Below are positions 1-9,881 of a stretch of 32,000 nucleotides of DNA, piece after piece. The notes under the pieces are model-generated. The model saw only the letters and a program-made list of their open reading frames with translations. It was not told the origin of the DNA and did no database searches. The translations under genes and the position numbers were made by a program. Within the stretch, counting starts at the first letter, position 1; each line of letters opens with the position of its first letter. This DNA is from Pirellula staleyi DSM 6068 (GTDB lineage: Bacteria; Planctomycetota; Planctomycetia; Pirellulales; Pirellulaceae), in the NCBI GenBank assembly GCA_000025185.1, contig CP001848.1, positions 3,720,001-3,752,000 on the forward strand, given 5' to 3'.

Positions 1-1
1 C

Positions 2-343
2 GTCCAAGAGGCGTTTGCCTCGGGGCGTCCGCTACAGGGGTGGGAAGTCGACGATGCCTGTCGCGAAGTCATCGTGAAGGCAGGCTATGGCGACTATTTC
101 ATTCACCGGACCGGGCATAGCATCGGTCAAGAGACGCACGGCAACGGCGCGAATATCGACAATCTCGAAACGCACGAAGATCGACTGATTCTCCCGGGAA
201 GTTGCTTCTCGATCGAGCCTGGTATTTATCTCCCTGAGTTTGGGGCGCGTAGCGAGGTCGATGTCTTTGTCGATTGGAGCGGCAACGTGCATGTCACCGG
301 CGGACCCCTGCAAACCGAGGTCCTTCCGATTTTGGCAAAATAA
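2..343 (+). CDS. M24-family Xaa-Pro peptidase (aminopeptidase P / prolidase-like), C-terminal fragment; 5' end outside the window
   Basis: Frame 2 is open from nt 2 to the TAA at 341-343; the listed ORF 74..343 is only its Met-initiated tail. The translation carries C-terminal pita-bread metal-site motifs HRTGHSIG..ETHG and SIEPGIY. Confidence 0.8.
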   Translation, partial: VQEAFASGRPLQGWEVDDACREVIVKAGYGDYFIHRTGHSIGQETHGNGANIDNLETHEDRLILPGSCFSIEPGIYLPEFGARSEVDVFVDWSGNVHVTGGPLQTEVLPILAK

Positions 344-369
344 CTTGAGAGTCAAGCGTGCTACAAGCG

Positions 370-1626
370 TTAAGCAATCAGGTTGCCGCTCACGATTTCT
401 CCACCGAGAATCGTACACTCGTGATGCAATTGCAGATCGCGCAGAGATAGCACCACAAGATTAGCTGGTGCCCCGATTTCGAGGCCATGGCTGGCCATCC
501 CCAAGTGTTGCGCTGGTCGAAGACTTGCCAGATCGATCGCATTTTCGATCGATAGCCCGAGCGCTGAGCGCAAATGATTGATGCAGTAGAGTAGATCGCG
601 CGAAGCCCCTGCGAGCAATTGACGCTGGTGCGCCACGACGAGCTTTCCGTCTTCGAGCACTTCCACTTCCCCCAGTCCGCTGCGGTAGATTCCGGGGGGC
701 ATTCCGGCAAGGGCCGTGATATCGCTAACGAGTAGCGACCGCTCGAGTCCTTTCACGCGCAGCATCGACTTGAGAACACTCGTGGGTAAGTGATGCCCAT
801 CGGCAATCAGCGTCGCTGTGAGTCGATCGTCGGCAAGCTGATCCCATATGTAATTCGGATGACGCTTGATGCTGGGATGAGCGCCATTTCCCAGATGTGT
901 GCTCAGTGTAGCGCCAGCGTCGACCGCAGCGGTGATTTGCTCGGAACTAGCAGCCGTATGTCCGATTGCCACAAGCACACCCTGCTGTACTAGGTAGCGA
1001 ATTAACTCAATCGAATCGGGATATTCCGGCGATAGAGTGACGAGTTTGATATGGCCACGAGCGGCTGATTGCAGCTGTTTAAACTCTTCGAGGGAAGGTG
1101 GACGGACATGTTCGCGGGGGTGAGCTCCGCGCGGGCCATCTTCGGCAGAGATGTACGGTCCTTCGAGATGAATGCCGGCGATCGATTGCCGGCTTCGTGG
1201 CAAACTTTCTTTGGCCGTGGCAATGACTCCCAGCGATCGCACGAGCAGTTCGCGCGAGTCGGTCGTGCACGTTGGCAAGTAATGCGTAACGCCAGCTTGC
1301 AGCATCCCTTGAGTCACCGCCTCCACATCGTCTGGCGAAACATGGGGGTGATTGAGTTCGTGTCCGGCAAGACCATTCACCTGCAGGTCGATGAGTCCCG
1401 GAGCAACGATTGGCAAATGGCCAGCCGATGTTTGGTGGGCAAAATCGGCCTGGATCGACTGAATGTGACCAGCCGCAATGTCGACGACGACAGGGCGAAG
1501 CGTGTCGTAGCGGCGGGCGAGGAGGCGAAAGGTATTCAAACGAACAGGCTCCTCGGCGAAGTGAGTAACGCAGATGCGACGCTCTGTGCCGATCGAGAAA
1601 ATGGAGGCAGGAAGCTCAGTCGTCAT
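370..1626 (-). CDS. nagA: N-acetylglucosamine-6-phosphate deacetylase (amidohydrolase superfamily)
   Basis: Part of the 453-aa ORF 370..1731. E. coli-type NagA motifs are present: GLIDLQVNG (QxN replacing HxH), IHLEGPYIS, AIGHTAAS, THLGNGA. Start trimmed to ATG 1626 (MTTELPAS) because the 35 upstream codons run into the divergent cstA upstream region. Start 1731 is not excluded. Confidence 0.7.
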   Translation of the reverse strand: MTTELPASIFSIGTERRICVTHFAEEPVRLNTFRLLARRYDTLRPVVVDIAAGHIQSIQADFAHQTSAGHLPIVAPGLIDLQVNGLAGHELNHPHVSPDDVEAVTQGMLQAGVTHYLPTCTTDSRELLVRSLGVIATAKESLPRSRQSIAGIHLEGPYISAEDGPRGAHPREHVRPPSLEEFKQLQSAARGHIKLVTLSPEYPDSIELIRYLVQQGVLVAIGHTAASSEQITAAVDAGATLSTHLGNGAHPSIKRHPNYIWDQLADDRLTATLIADGHHLPTSVLKSMLRVKGLERSLLVSDITALAGMPPGIYRSGLGEVEVLEDGKLVVAHQRQLLAGASRDLLYCINHLRSALGLSIENAIDLASLRPAQHLGMASHGLEIGAPANLVVLSLRDLQLHHECTILGGEIVSGNLIA

Positions 1627-1745
1627 GATTGCGACGGAACTCGCGAGCGACAAGGGTGGATCGACGGCCTTGGAATTGCATGCGCTCGGTGATCGTCGTA
1701 TTCTAAACGGGCTATTCCTCTCTCCCGCCATGTTTTGGTGAAGTC

Positions 1746-3566
1746 ATGAGTTTACTCTACGTTGTGCTCCCGGCCGGGCTATTGCTGCTCGCGGCCTACT
1801 TCACCTATGGTCGACTACTTGCGCGACTGCTGCAACTCGATCCCAATCGCGTGACTCCCGCTGTCGAACGGCAAGATGGTCTCGATTACGAACCAATTAG
1901 CGTCGGTTCGCTTGTACCCCAGCATTTTTCTGCCATTGCAGCAGCTGGGCCGATTGTGGGGCCGATTTTGGCAGGACTTACGTTCGGCTGGCTCCCGGCG
2001 CTCATTTGGATTTTGATCGGCTGTATCTTCATTGGTGGTGTTCACGACATGACGGCGCTAGTGGCCTCGGTTCGCCACAATGCCTGCTCGATCGCCGAAG
2101 TGGTGCGCGACCATATGAGTCGTCGCAGCTACCTCCTCTTTCTCGCTTTCATTTGGATCGCACTGGTCTACATCATTGTGGCATTCACCGACATCACGAC
2201 GCTGTCGTTTGTTGGTGCTCCAAACGCTGAAGCTGGTGGTGTGGGTGGGGGCGCGATTGCTTCGTCGTCGGTGATGTACCTGCTGCTGACACTCGCCATG
2301 GGACTCTGCGTCCGGTATTTGAAGACGCCGATGTGGGCGGCCACGATTGTCTTCATTCTGCTGATCGGGGTCGCTATCGTCGCCGGCAAGTATATTCCGC
2401 TCGACATCACGATGGGTGGCGACATGAGCGACGCGCGCGGCCGAAAAGTGTGGGCCGTGATTCTGCTGGTTTACTGCCTCGCTGCGGGCGTGGCCCCTGT
2501 GTGGCTGATCCTTCAGCCTCGTGGCCATTTGGGAGGTTACTTCCTCTATTTTGCTCTCGCTGCTGGTGCCCTTGGGCTGATGCTCGGTAATAGCAAGATC
2601 GAGTACCCAGCGTTTCGGGGCTGGACCGCTACCGATCAAGCGGGTGTGTCTCAAAGCCTCGCGCCGATGCTCTTCATCATGATCGCATGTGGCGCTTGCA
2701 GCGGATTTCATTCGCTCATTTGCAGTGGCACGACGTCGAAGCAACTGCGGCGCGAAACCGATGCCAAAATGGTGGGCTACGGAACGATGCTGCTCGAAGG
2801 AATGGTGGCTATCGTGTCGCTCTGCTGCGTGATGATGTTTGCGCAAGGTGCCCCGGAATTAACGGGCACCAATGCTAAGCCTAACATGATTTACGCGCAA
2901 GGGATTGGCAAGTTTCTGGAAGTGCTCAGCATCGGCAGCTTGCGTATCCCCAGAGATGTGGGTGTCGCATTCGCGCTCATGGCATTTACGACCTTCGTCT
3001 ACGATACGCTCGATGTCTGCACACGTCTGGGGCGTTTCATTTTGCAAGAGCTCACTGGACAGTATGGCATGTTTGGCAAACTGTTCGGAACGGCCCTCAC
3101 CGCTGGTATTCCGCTCTACTTTCTGCTGTCGCATCCTGAGCAAGGGGCGTTATTGGCCGACGGGACACACGCCGCTGTTCCACCCGTTTACGTCACGTTC
3201 TGGAGCCTGTTTGGTGCGAGCAACCAGTTGCTGGCAGCTCTGACACTGCTCGGTGTCACGGTCTGGCTCTATCGCACGCGCCGCGCGTGGTGGGTCTGGC
3301 TCGTCACCGGTGTTCCCACCGTGCTGATGTATGTGATGAGCATCTGGGCGCTCGTCTCGCTGACGATTCCAAAGTTCCAAGTGAATGGACAATGGACCTT
3401 CCCGCTCGACACCGTAGCGTGGGCCGGCATCGTGCTGATCGCACTGGCGATCTTCATGCTCTACGAAGCGGTCGTGATTCTGCTATCGCTCGGAGGCAAA
3501 GGGGACGACTCGTCGCGTGGCGAACTCGTGGGCGACAAAGAACTGAAGCCAGCGACAGCAACGTAA
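1746..3566 (+). CDS. cstA: Carbon starvation protein A family peptide/pyruvate transporter
   Basis: 606-aa polytopic membrane ORF with CstA-family stretches FSAIAAAGPIVGPILAG, FIGGVHDM, ACGACSGFHSLICSGTTSKQ and LFGASNQLLAALTL. Divergent from nagA. Confidence 0.85.
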   Translation: MSLLYVVLPAGLLLLAAYFTYGRLLARLLQLDPNRVTPAVERQDGLDYEPISVGSLVPQHFSAIAAAGPIVGPILAGLTFGWLPALIWILIGCIFIGGVHDMTALVASVRHNACSIAEVVRDHMSRRSYLLFLAFIWIALVYIIVAFTDITTLSFVGAPNAEAGGVGGGAIASSSVMYLLLTLAMGLCVRYLKTPMWAATIVFILLIGVAIVAGKYIPLDITMGGDMSDARGRKVWAVILLVYCLAAGVAPVWLILQPRGHLGGYFLYFALAAGALGLMLGNSKIEYPAFRGWTATDQAGVSQSLAPMLFIMIACGACSGFHSLICSGTTSKQLRRETDAKMVGYGTMLLEGMVAIVSLCCVMMFAQGAPELTGTNAKPNMIYAQGIGKFLEVLSIGSLRIPRDVGVAFALMAFTTFVYDTLDVCTRLGRFILQELTGQYGMFGKLFGTALTAGIPLYFLLSHPEQGALLADGTHAAVPPVYVTFWSLFGASNQLLAALTLLGVTVWLYRTRRAWWVWLVTGVPTVLMYVMSIWALVSLTIPKFQVNGQWTFPLDTVAWAGIVLIALAIFMLYEAVVILLSLGGKGDDSSRGELVGDKELKPATAT

Positions 3567-3591
3567 AAATTCACGCTGATGGTGCGGAGCA

Positions 3592-3858
3592 CTAGGCTGC
3601 TCGAGGACGCGCTAGTCCGAGCAATTCCTTCACGCGTGGGGGTGCGCTCGTGGCATCAAGCGTGGGATCGTTTTGCAGCGTACTGGTGACGAGCTCGAGT
3701 TGCTCGACCATCGTCAGCGCCTGATCTAAAAAAAGATAGCGGCGTCCGCCAAATTCACACATGCCGCCACCTGCGCCACCGAGCCATTCGTGCCGCACGG
3801 TGTAGCCCATTCGCTCTGCCAGCGCGATCGCACGCTCCAGTAGTTCGACAGTATGCAT
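3592..3858 (-). CDS. Small hypothetical protein (about 88 aa), no recognisable family
   Basis: ORF 3592..3993. I prefer the internal ATG at 3858 (MHTVELLERAIALAERMGY...), which is preceded by GGAGAAG. The composition is protein-like but I recognise no motif. Confidence 0.45.
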   Translation of the reverse strand: MHTVELLERAIALAERMGYTVRHEWLGGAGGGMCEFGGRRYLFLDQALTMVEQLELVTSTLQNDPTLDATSAPPRVKELLGLARPRAA

Positions 3859-4096
3859 CCCAGCTTCTCCAGTTCGCCAATCCGTGGCCGCAATTCGATC
3901 AAGCGGCCGGATTATAAGCCGCGATGCTGATGCGAGCCAGTTCGATTCGTCGATACCACAACAGACGTCACGAGCGTCACGATCGTTAAGCATGGGTTGC
4001 TAGCGGAAGGGTGAAATACCTGTATCTGCTAGCGGTTCGTGCTGTCGCGTGATCGAGTTTTGCGACGACGCATGTTGCACTTGGGGGAGGACTGGA

Positions 4097-4942
4097 ATGT
4101 CGGCTGAGGATCGTGCGCTATCGGCTCAGGAAGAGATTGAAGTCCTGCGTCGGCAATTGCTGGAAGCACAGAAGCTCACCGCGATTGGAGAACTATTGGG
4201 TACCACCACCCATGAGTTCAACAACGTGCTGATGACGATCCTGAACTATGCGCGACTCGGTATTCGGCATAAAGACGAGCCGACCCGCGACAAGGCGTTT
4301 GAAAAAATCTTGGCCGCCTCGCAACGTGCCGCGAAAATCACCAGCAGCGTGCTTGGCATGGCTCGCAATCGAAGTGATTCGCTCGAGCCCACCGATGTGG
4401 CTGCCATCATCGAAGAAACCCTCGTGCTGCTCGAACGCGAGATGATGAAATATCGCATCTCGATCGAAAAGCAAATTGGCGAAGTTCCTCCGGCTCTCGC
4501 TTGTGGCAATCAAATTCAGCAGGTTTTGCTGAATCTTTTGATCAATGCCCGGCAAGCCATGCTGCAAGGTGGTCGACTGCTAATCAAACTCGAACACGAT
4601 ACGAGCGCTAACACCGTCGACCTTGTCGTACGCGATAGTGGCACCGGTATTCCACCGGAAAAGCTCCGCAAGATTTTCGATCCCTTCTTTACGACCAAGC
4701 CAGGCCCTGATGAAAGTGGTCGAGGCGGAACTGGTCTCGGGCTCTCCGCTTGCAAGTCGATCATCGAGGCGCATCGCGGCCGAATTCGAGTCGAAAGCAC
4801 GGTCGGTAAAGGGACCGCTTTCACCATCAAGCTCCCGGTCGCGACGAAAGACTCGCCCAAAGAGATTTCTGCTCCGACAACGATTCCGGCCATCAGCACA
4901 TCCGTTGCAACAACGACGGGCGAGCAGTCAGCATCGTCGTAA
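4097..4942 (+). CDS. Cytoplasmic sensor histidine kinase (HisKA + HATPase_c only)
   Basis: H-box HEFNNVLMTILNY, N-box QVLLNLLINARQAM, G1/F DSGTGIPPEKLRKIFDPFFTTK, G2 GTGLGLSACKSIIEAHRGRIRVES. ATG 4097 follows a GGGGAGG Shine-Dalgarno; GTG 4049 in the ORF track is less likely. No TM helix or sensor domain, only a short coiled-coil N-terminus. Confidence 0.85.
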   Translation: MSAEDRALSAQEEIEVLRRQLLEAQKLTAIGELLGTTTHEFNNVLMTILNYARLGIRHKDEPTRDKAFEKILAASQRAAKITSSVLGMARNRSDSLEPTDVAAIIEETLVLLEREMMKYRISIEKQIGEVPPALACGNQIQQVLLNLLINARQAMLQGGRLLIKLEHDTSANTVDLVVRDSGTGIPPEKLRKIFDPFFTTKPGPDESGRGGTGLGLSACKSIIEAHRGRIRVESTVGKGTAFTIKLPVATKDSPKEISAPTTIPAISTSVATTTGEQSASS

Positions 4943-4963
4943 GTGGTTCGCGATCACTGGATC

Positions 4964-5854
4964 CTACGGCGGAGGAAGAATGTCGATGCTTCCTTCTCCT
5001 TCGTCGCTCGGTAGGTTCGTGGGAGGTCCGATCGGTGGACCGAGTTCCAGTGGAATGCGCTGCTGCGACTGCGGAACTCCTTCGGGCTGATTCGACGGTG
5101 CTCCCTCGTAGTACTCTCCCGGGGGCAACTCTTCGATGGGGAGTTCCACGCCGATCGGCGGCAGCGATTGAATCTCAGCGGGGACCGACAGCCGCGCGGC
5201 AATGTCGGCGAGAATCCGCTGCTCGAGTGTGGGATCGCGTCCTAGGGGAATCCAGCCGAGCGTTACGCTGTAGCGACTTGCGGCCCCCTCTTGCCGGACG
5301 AGCGAACCATCGTGACGCAGTGTCGAGCCACCTGCCGTCGATGCTTCCGGCTTATCGAGGTCCTCGAGTTCCTTCTTCACGGCGACATCGACGAGGTAGC
5401 CACCTTCCGTCGGAATCACTCGGACGAGCGCTTGTCTGCGAATCGATTGCAGGGTTGCATGTATTTTTTCATAGCCTCGCGTGCTATCGACGCGCCAAGG
5501 CTCGAAAATGGTGCTTCCGACCATCGGAAAGGTATCGATACGACCTTCGGAAAGAATACCGCCGACGAGTCGCACGCGCTCTTCGCGTTCGATGCGAAAA
5601 TAGTCATCCACCGCATCGACCGTTTGATTCCACAGAAATTCGCGATCGCAAGCTGGCACAAACAGAGGGTTCGCAATCGGTGTAGATGCTTGGGCTCCAC
5701 CTGGCCAGCGCAAAAAGCCTCGAGCACAACCGGTCGAGCACAGAACGGCAACCAGCAGAGCAATGATCGTCGCCTGTTTTATAGCCTGCGCGCAGCACGA
5801 TCGAGCGAAGGCTGCTAAGCCTGTTTGATCGTCGATGGTCTGCAAGTGCGACAT
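4964..5854 (-). CDS. Putative lipoprotein with Pro-rich C-terminal tail, unknown function
   Basis: ORF 4964..6031 trimmed to ATG 5854 (MSHLQTID...), 23 nt after the stop of the upstream gene. Hydrophobic signal ending in the lipobox-like LCSTGC. The C-terminus is LPPIGVELPIEELPPGEYYEGAP...GPPIGPPTNLP. No Shine-Dalgarno seen. Confidence 0.5.
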   Translation of the reverse strand: MSHLQTIDDQTGLAAFARSCCAQAIKQATIIALLVAVLCSTGCARGFLRWPGGAQASTPIANPLFVPACDREFLWNQTVDAVDDYFRIEREERVRLVGGILSEGRIDTFPMVGSTIFEPWRVDSTRGYEKIHATLQSIRRQALVRVIPTEGGYLVDVAVKKELEDLDKPEASTAGGSTLRHDGSLVRQEGAASRYSVTLGWIPLGRDPTLEQRILADIAARLSVPAEIQSLPPIGVELPIEELPPGEYYEGAPSNQPEGVPQSQQRIPLELGPPIGPPTNLPSDEGEGSIDILPPP

Positions 5855-5877
5855 GCGAGGTGATTTGGTTCTTGGAT

Positions 5878-7251
5878 TTAAAATCGGCTGCGAATGACAG
5901 GGCGATTCGACGAGGCGTTGTCGGTTGTGGGAGGTGTACCAATCACGCTCGGAGCGGTGCTCGTTGGAACTGGCGTGGCGACAGCCGCGGACGTGGTCCG
6001 CGAAGCGAGGTTCTGTAACTGCTGCTTGCATTCGAGCATCAGCAGGGCATCGCAGCGTGTGGCCGAACTATCGAGCGGAAGAATTTTGGCGAGCGGACCT
6101 TTCGCGTCGGGCACAGGACTCGCTACCACGCCACACGAAAGGAGTAGCACTTCATCGCTCGACCATTGAAAACGCTCGTGTAGTCGCCAGCTTACGATTT
6201 GCGGCACTTGCACCGTCACACGCTGTGCTTGGCTAGGGGTAGGGACATCCACGACCAGGGGCAACATTTTCTCAACCTGATCGACGTGGCACTTAATGAC
6301 TGTATCGATTGATTTTCCACCCACAGCCACCAGCGGGCTGATCTCGAGCGAGAAGCCTTCGTCGATCTTTCCGCTAAGCATTTCGTAGCCTGGCCAACTA
6401 TCGGCTCGCATCTTAATGCCACGCGAGTACGAGCGAGGCTGAGTTCGGGCAATTCGTAGCGACTCGCCACTTGCAACCTCTTGATGGGGCGAGCCGAGTT
6501 CGCGGAAATCGGCCCGCTCACGCAAGGTTCCGATCAGCACCGCAGCATTCTCTTTCGAGAGGAGCCACGCTTCCACGCCTGTCGCTTTGACATCGACAGG
6601 CTTCATCATCGGGAGCATTTTCGTTCGCCAGCTTGGGCTGCTCACGGTGATTAACTTCACCGAGAGTGCCTGCCCTTTTCGCGAACTGGTTACGAACTGT
6701 TCTACCATTCCCTGCACCACTGCCTGCATCGACGGAGTGTGGTAGACCCGAAGTGTGGTGGGGGTAGCGGAAAGGACACCAAGTGGCTCGGCAAACCAAA
6801 CTTCCGTTCCGGTTTCGCGTAAGATCCAGTCGACGATCAGTTGCTCGGGGTGTTCGCCACCAACCACCGACGTATAGGGGCTGATGTCATACTCGCGCCA
6901 AATCTGACCATGGTCGTTAGGCAGCGTTCCGTTCCCCTTGGTCACCTTCACGCTACTCTCGAGCGGATTGCGATCGATCCCAATGGGAGTCAGGGGTGTT
7001 TGCGGAGAAGTGATCGTGCCAGCAGTAGGCTGTGGGGCAAAAACACCGGGAGGAGGTGGCAAGTTGACAGCGGAATTGGGTGAAATCGTGGCAGGTGGAT
7101 TGGCCGTTGCTGGTGCTGCAGCCCCGGTGCTCCAGGGCCATTTGATTCCAAACTGAGCCCGTGCTTCGAGAGGCGAAATCAGGTTCACTAGAATTGTCGC
7201 CGCGATAAGCGCGCAAGGCATCACGGGCCTTGAATTCCATGGGCACTTCAT
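5878..7251 (-). CDS. Secreted protein of unknown function (Pro-rich N-terminus; faint secretin-like beta-domain pattern)
   Basis: ORF 5878..7434 trimmed to ATG 7251 (MKCPWNSRPVMPCALIAATILVNLISPLEARAQ, a signal peptide), preceded by GAGGAG. Long uninterrupted ORF directly upstream of the lipoprotein gene. Confidence 0.55.
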   Translation of the reverse strand: MKCPWNSRPVMPCALIAATILVNLISPLEARAQFGIKWPWSTGAAAPATANPPATISPNSAVNLPPPPGVFAPQPTAGTITSPQTPLTPIGIDRNPLESSVKVTKGNGTLPNDHGQIWREYDISPYTSVVGGEHPEQLIVDWILRETGTEVWFAEPLGVLSATPTTLRVYHTPSMQAVVQGMVEQFVTSSRKGQALSVKLITVSSPSWRTKMLPMMKPVDVKATGVEAWLLSKENAAVLIGTLRERADFRELGSPHQEVASGESLRIARTQPRSYSRGIKMRADSWPGYEMLSGKIDEGFSLEISPLVAVGGKSIDTVIKCHVDQVEKMLPLVVDVPTPSQAQRVTVQVPQIVSWRLHERFQWSSDEVLLLSCGVVASPVPDAKGPLAKILPLDSSATRCDALLMLECKQQLQNLASRTTSAAVATPVPTSTAPSVIGTPPTTDNASSNRPVIRSRF

Positions 7252-7558
7252 CGGGAAGACTCCTCTACAACATCGGCAAACGATCGAAGGCTTCATCGCG
7301 CAGGGACTTACGAGCGCGCGGCAAAGCGGCGGGAGTGTAGCGACGACATCGCAGCTGGCCAAGGTCAATGAACCCCCGGAAAACCTTGGGCCAATCGCTG
7401 CTAGCAGAAACTTGCAGCAAGTTTTGCTTTCCAACGCACGAGCGGCCGTTTATGCTTCTCCAGCGGAGTTCGGCTGACATGCTCCGCGCGACAGCCGATC
7501 TCCTTCCCTCCTCGACGATTGCCCACTCCTCCTGCCTCACGTTCTCGGAGACTTCTCG

Positions 7559-9781
7559 ATGCTCGCTTGCCGCGTGTTCCGTTTTGCTCCTTCGCTAGCG
7601 ATCGCCGTGACTCTGCTGTTGCTGCAAAGCATGGTCGCTTATGCCGAGCCTGTCCGAGTGCTTGCAGGTGGGGCCAAGTCGGCTGATGTACGGCTCGCTC
7701 CCCCCAAAGATCTGGATGGCTACTTCCCCTTCACGCCCAGCAAATCTCCCGAACTCTGGCAGCCTCGCGCGGAGGAGTTGAAGCGCCGAGTGCTCGTGTC
7801 GCAGGGGCTTTGGCCTATGCCGCAAGGGGCCGATCTTAAGCTCTCGATCCATGGGCTTGTCGACATGGGGGACTACACAATCGAAAAAGTGTCGTTTGAG
7901 AGTATTGCAGGACTCTACGTCACAGGAAGTCTCTACCGACCGACGAAAGCCACGGGCCAGCGCCCTGGAATTCTTTGTCCCCATGGTCACTGGAATGAGG
8001 GGCGATTTCACGATGCTGGTCGGCAGAACACACGCCGCGAAATCGTAAAGGGAGCCGAACGTTTTGAAGAAGGGGGGCGTAGTCCGCTGCAATCGCGCTG
8101 CGTGCAACTTGCTCGCATGGGCTGTGTTGTGTTTCACTACGACATGCTTGGCTACGCCGATAGCCGACAGCTTTCGTTCGAACTGGTGCATCGCTTTGCG
8201 AAACAACGCCCCGAGATGAACCATCCAACCGAGTGGGGGCTCTACAGCCCGCAAGCCGAGTCGAATTTGCAATCGGTCATGGGGCTGCAAACCTATCACA
8301 GCATGCGAGCCCTCGATTTCCTTGTCTCGCTGCCAGATGTCGACCCGGCACGATTGGGTGTGACCGGTGCTAGTGGTGGCGCTACGCAAACCTTTTTGCT
8401 CGCAGCTGTCGACCCTCGGATTGCTGCCGCATTTCCTGCTGTGATGGTTTCGACCGCCATGCAAGGTGGTTGTACCTGTGAGAATTCATCGCTGCTGCGC
8501 GTCGGGACCGGAAATGTTGAACTCGCCGCACTCTTTGCCCCTAAGCCGTTGGGACTCACCTCCGCAGATGACTGGACGCGCGAGTTCCACCAGAAAGGGA
8601 TGCCCGATTTGGCCGCGCACTACGCCATGATGGGTGCGCCAAGCAACGTGCAACTCACGGCGTTAACCCATTTTGGCCACAACTATAACTACGTCAGCCG
8701 CGCGGCGATGTACTCATTCTTCAACAAGCACTTCAAGTTGGGACTTGAGGAACCGATTGTGGAGGAGGATTACAAGTTTCAAACAGCTGCGGAACTTACG
8801 GTGTGGGATGCCGAGCATCCCTTGCCTGAATCTGGCGATTCGTTTGAGCGCAAGCTCTGCCGCGCATTGGCAGCCGACACGCGGAAGCAACTCGATGCTT
8901 TACGTCCAAATTCAGCTGACATGCTCGAAAAATATCGTGATGTTGTCGGTGGTGGGGTGAGTGTAGTGATTGGCCGATCGCTCCCAGCAGCGAGTTCACT
9001 CGAGTACGACCAAAAGATCAAAACAGACCGTGGCGACTATATCGAGATGCATGGTCTGGTGAAGCACAAGCCAGCTGGTGAGGAAATTCCAGCCTCGTTC
9101 TTGTATCCCAAAGAGTGGTCGGGAAGTGTTGTCCTTTGGATCGATCCAGCTGGAAAGAGTTCGATTCTCGATGCAACAGGTGCACCAACTGCGCCTGTAA
9201 AAAAGTTGATGGCGGCTGGTCATGCTGTGGCATCTGCCGATTTGCTGGATCAAGGCGAACAGCGTCTGGGTGATGCTTCTCAGAACCGTGTCGTTGCAAA
9301 TCCTCGGGAGTTTGCGGGCTACACCTATGGCTATAACCCGTCCCTTTTTGCTCAGCGGGTGCACGATGTGCTAACGATGGTGGCTTTCATTCGTAGTCAC
9401 GAGCGCGAGCCAAAATCGCTCGCCATCATTGCCGGCGAAGGTGCTGGGCCTTGGGCACTCGCCGCTCGTAGCCAAGCTCCGACGGCCATCAATCTGCTGG
9501 CGGCCAGCAGCGGAGGATTTCGATTTGCTAGTGTGGCCGATTATCGTCACGAACACTTCTTGCCAGGTGGTGCGAAGTACGATGATCTTCCGGGTATGAT
9601 CGCTCTATCGGCCCCGGCCAAGCTGTGGCTCGCGGGTGAGTCGGAAGCTGCGGTATCGCTGGCGAGTGATGCGTACGCCGCTGCTGGAGATCGCGCCGCG
9701 CTTACTCTTGCCACCAAGCCCGAAGATGGGACCGTTGACAAAGCTGTGGCGTACATCCTGGGCCAACTTCCCGCAAAATAG
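7559..9781 (+). CDS. Secreted alpha/beta hydrolase (acetyl-xylan-esterase / dienelactone-hydrolase-like) with long C-terminal extension
   Basis: 740-aa ORF; ATG 7559 after GGAGA. Signal peptide AIAVTLLLLQSMVAYA. Nucleophile elbow LGVTGASGGATQTF (GxSxG) preceded by CPHGHWNEGRF. The C-terminal half repeats the strand-elbow pattern without the Ser (LAIIAGEGAGPWAL). Confidence 0.6.
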   Translation: MLACRVFRFAPSLAIAVTLLLLQSMVAYAEPVRVLAGGAKSADVRLAPPKDLDGYFPFTPSKSPELWQPRAEELKRRVLVSQGLWPMPQGADLKLSIHGLVDMGDYTIEKVSFESIAGLYVTGSLYRPTKATGQRPGILCPHGHWNEGRFHDAGRQNTRREIVKGAERFEEGGRSPLQSRCVQLARMGCVVFHYDMLGYADSRQLSFELVHRFAKQRPEMNHPTEWGLYSPQAESNLQSVMGLQTYHSMRALDFLVSLPDVDPARLGVTGASGGATQTFLLAAVDPRIAAAFPAVMVSTAMQGGCTCENSSLLRVGTGNVELAALFAPKPLGLTSADDWTREFHQKGMPDLAAHYAMMGAPSNVQLTALTHFGHNYNYVSRAAMYSFFNKHFKLGLEEPIVEEDYKFQTAAELTVWDAEHPLPESGDSFERKLCRALAADTRKQLDALRPNSADMLEKYRDVVGGGVSVVIGRSLPAASSLEYDQKIKTDRGDYIEMHGLVKHKPAGEEIPASFLYPKEWSGSVVLWIDPAGKSSILDATGAPTAPVKKLMAAGHAVASADLLDQGEQRLGDASQNRVVANPREFAGYTYGYNPSLFAQRVHDVLTMVAFIRSHEREPKSLAIIAGEGAGPWALAARSQAPTAINLLAASSGGFRFASVADYRHEHFLPGGAKYDDLPGMIALSAPAKLWLAGESEAAVSLASDAYAAAGDRAALTLATKPEDGTVDKAVAYILGQLPAK

Positions 9782-9881
9782 TTGTCCCTCGATACTTGCC
9801 ACTGCGCAATGTGGTGTGTAAATTTGTTCATGGCTGTGTTCGTGTAAAGAACATGGCCGTGGTTTCCTTCAGGGAGGGCTG

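Noticed and set aside
1069-2846. ORFs 1069..1692 (+, 207 aa) and 2058..2846 (-, 262 aa)
   Set aside because: They are antisense to nagA and cstA respectively. They are Arg/His-rich with no recognisable domains.
7252-7540. N-terminal extension of ORF 5878..7434 and the 91-aa ORF 7265..7540 in the divergent intergenic region
   Set aside because: The extension precedes a well-formed SD plus signal peptide at 7251. ORF 7265..7540 is Arg-rich, lacks SD and motifs, and lies where the divergent promoters should be. Similar upstream extensions were trimmed for 370..1731, 4964..6031 and 28985..30256.
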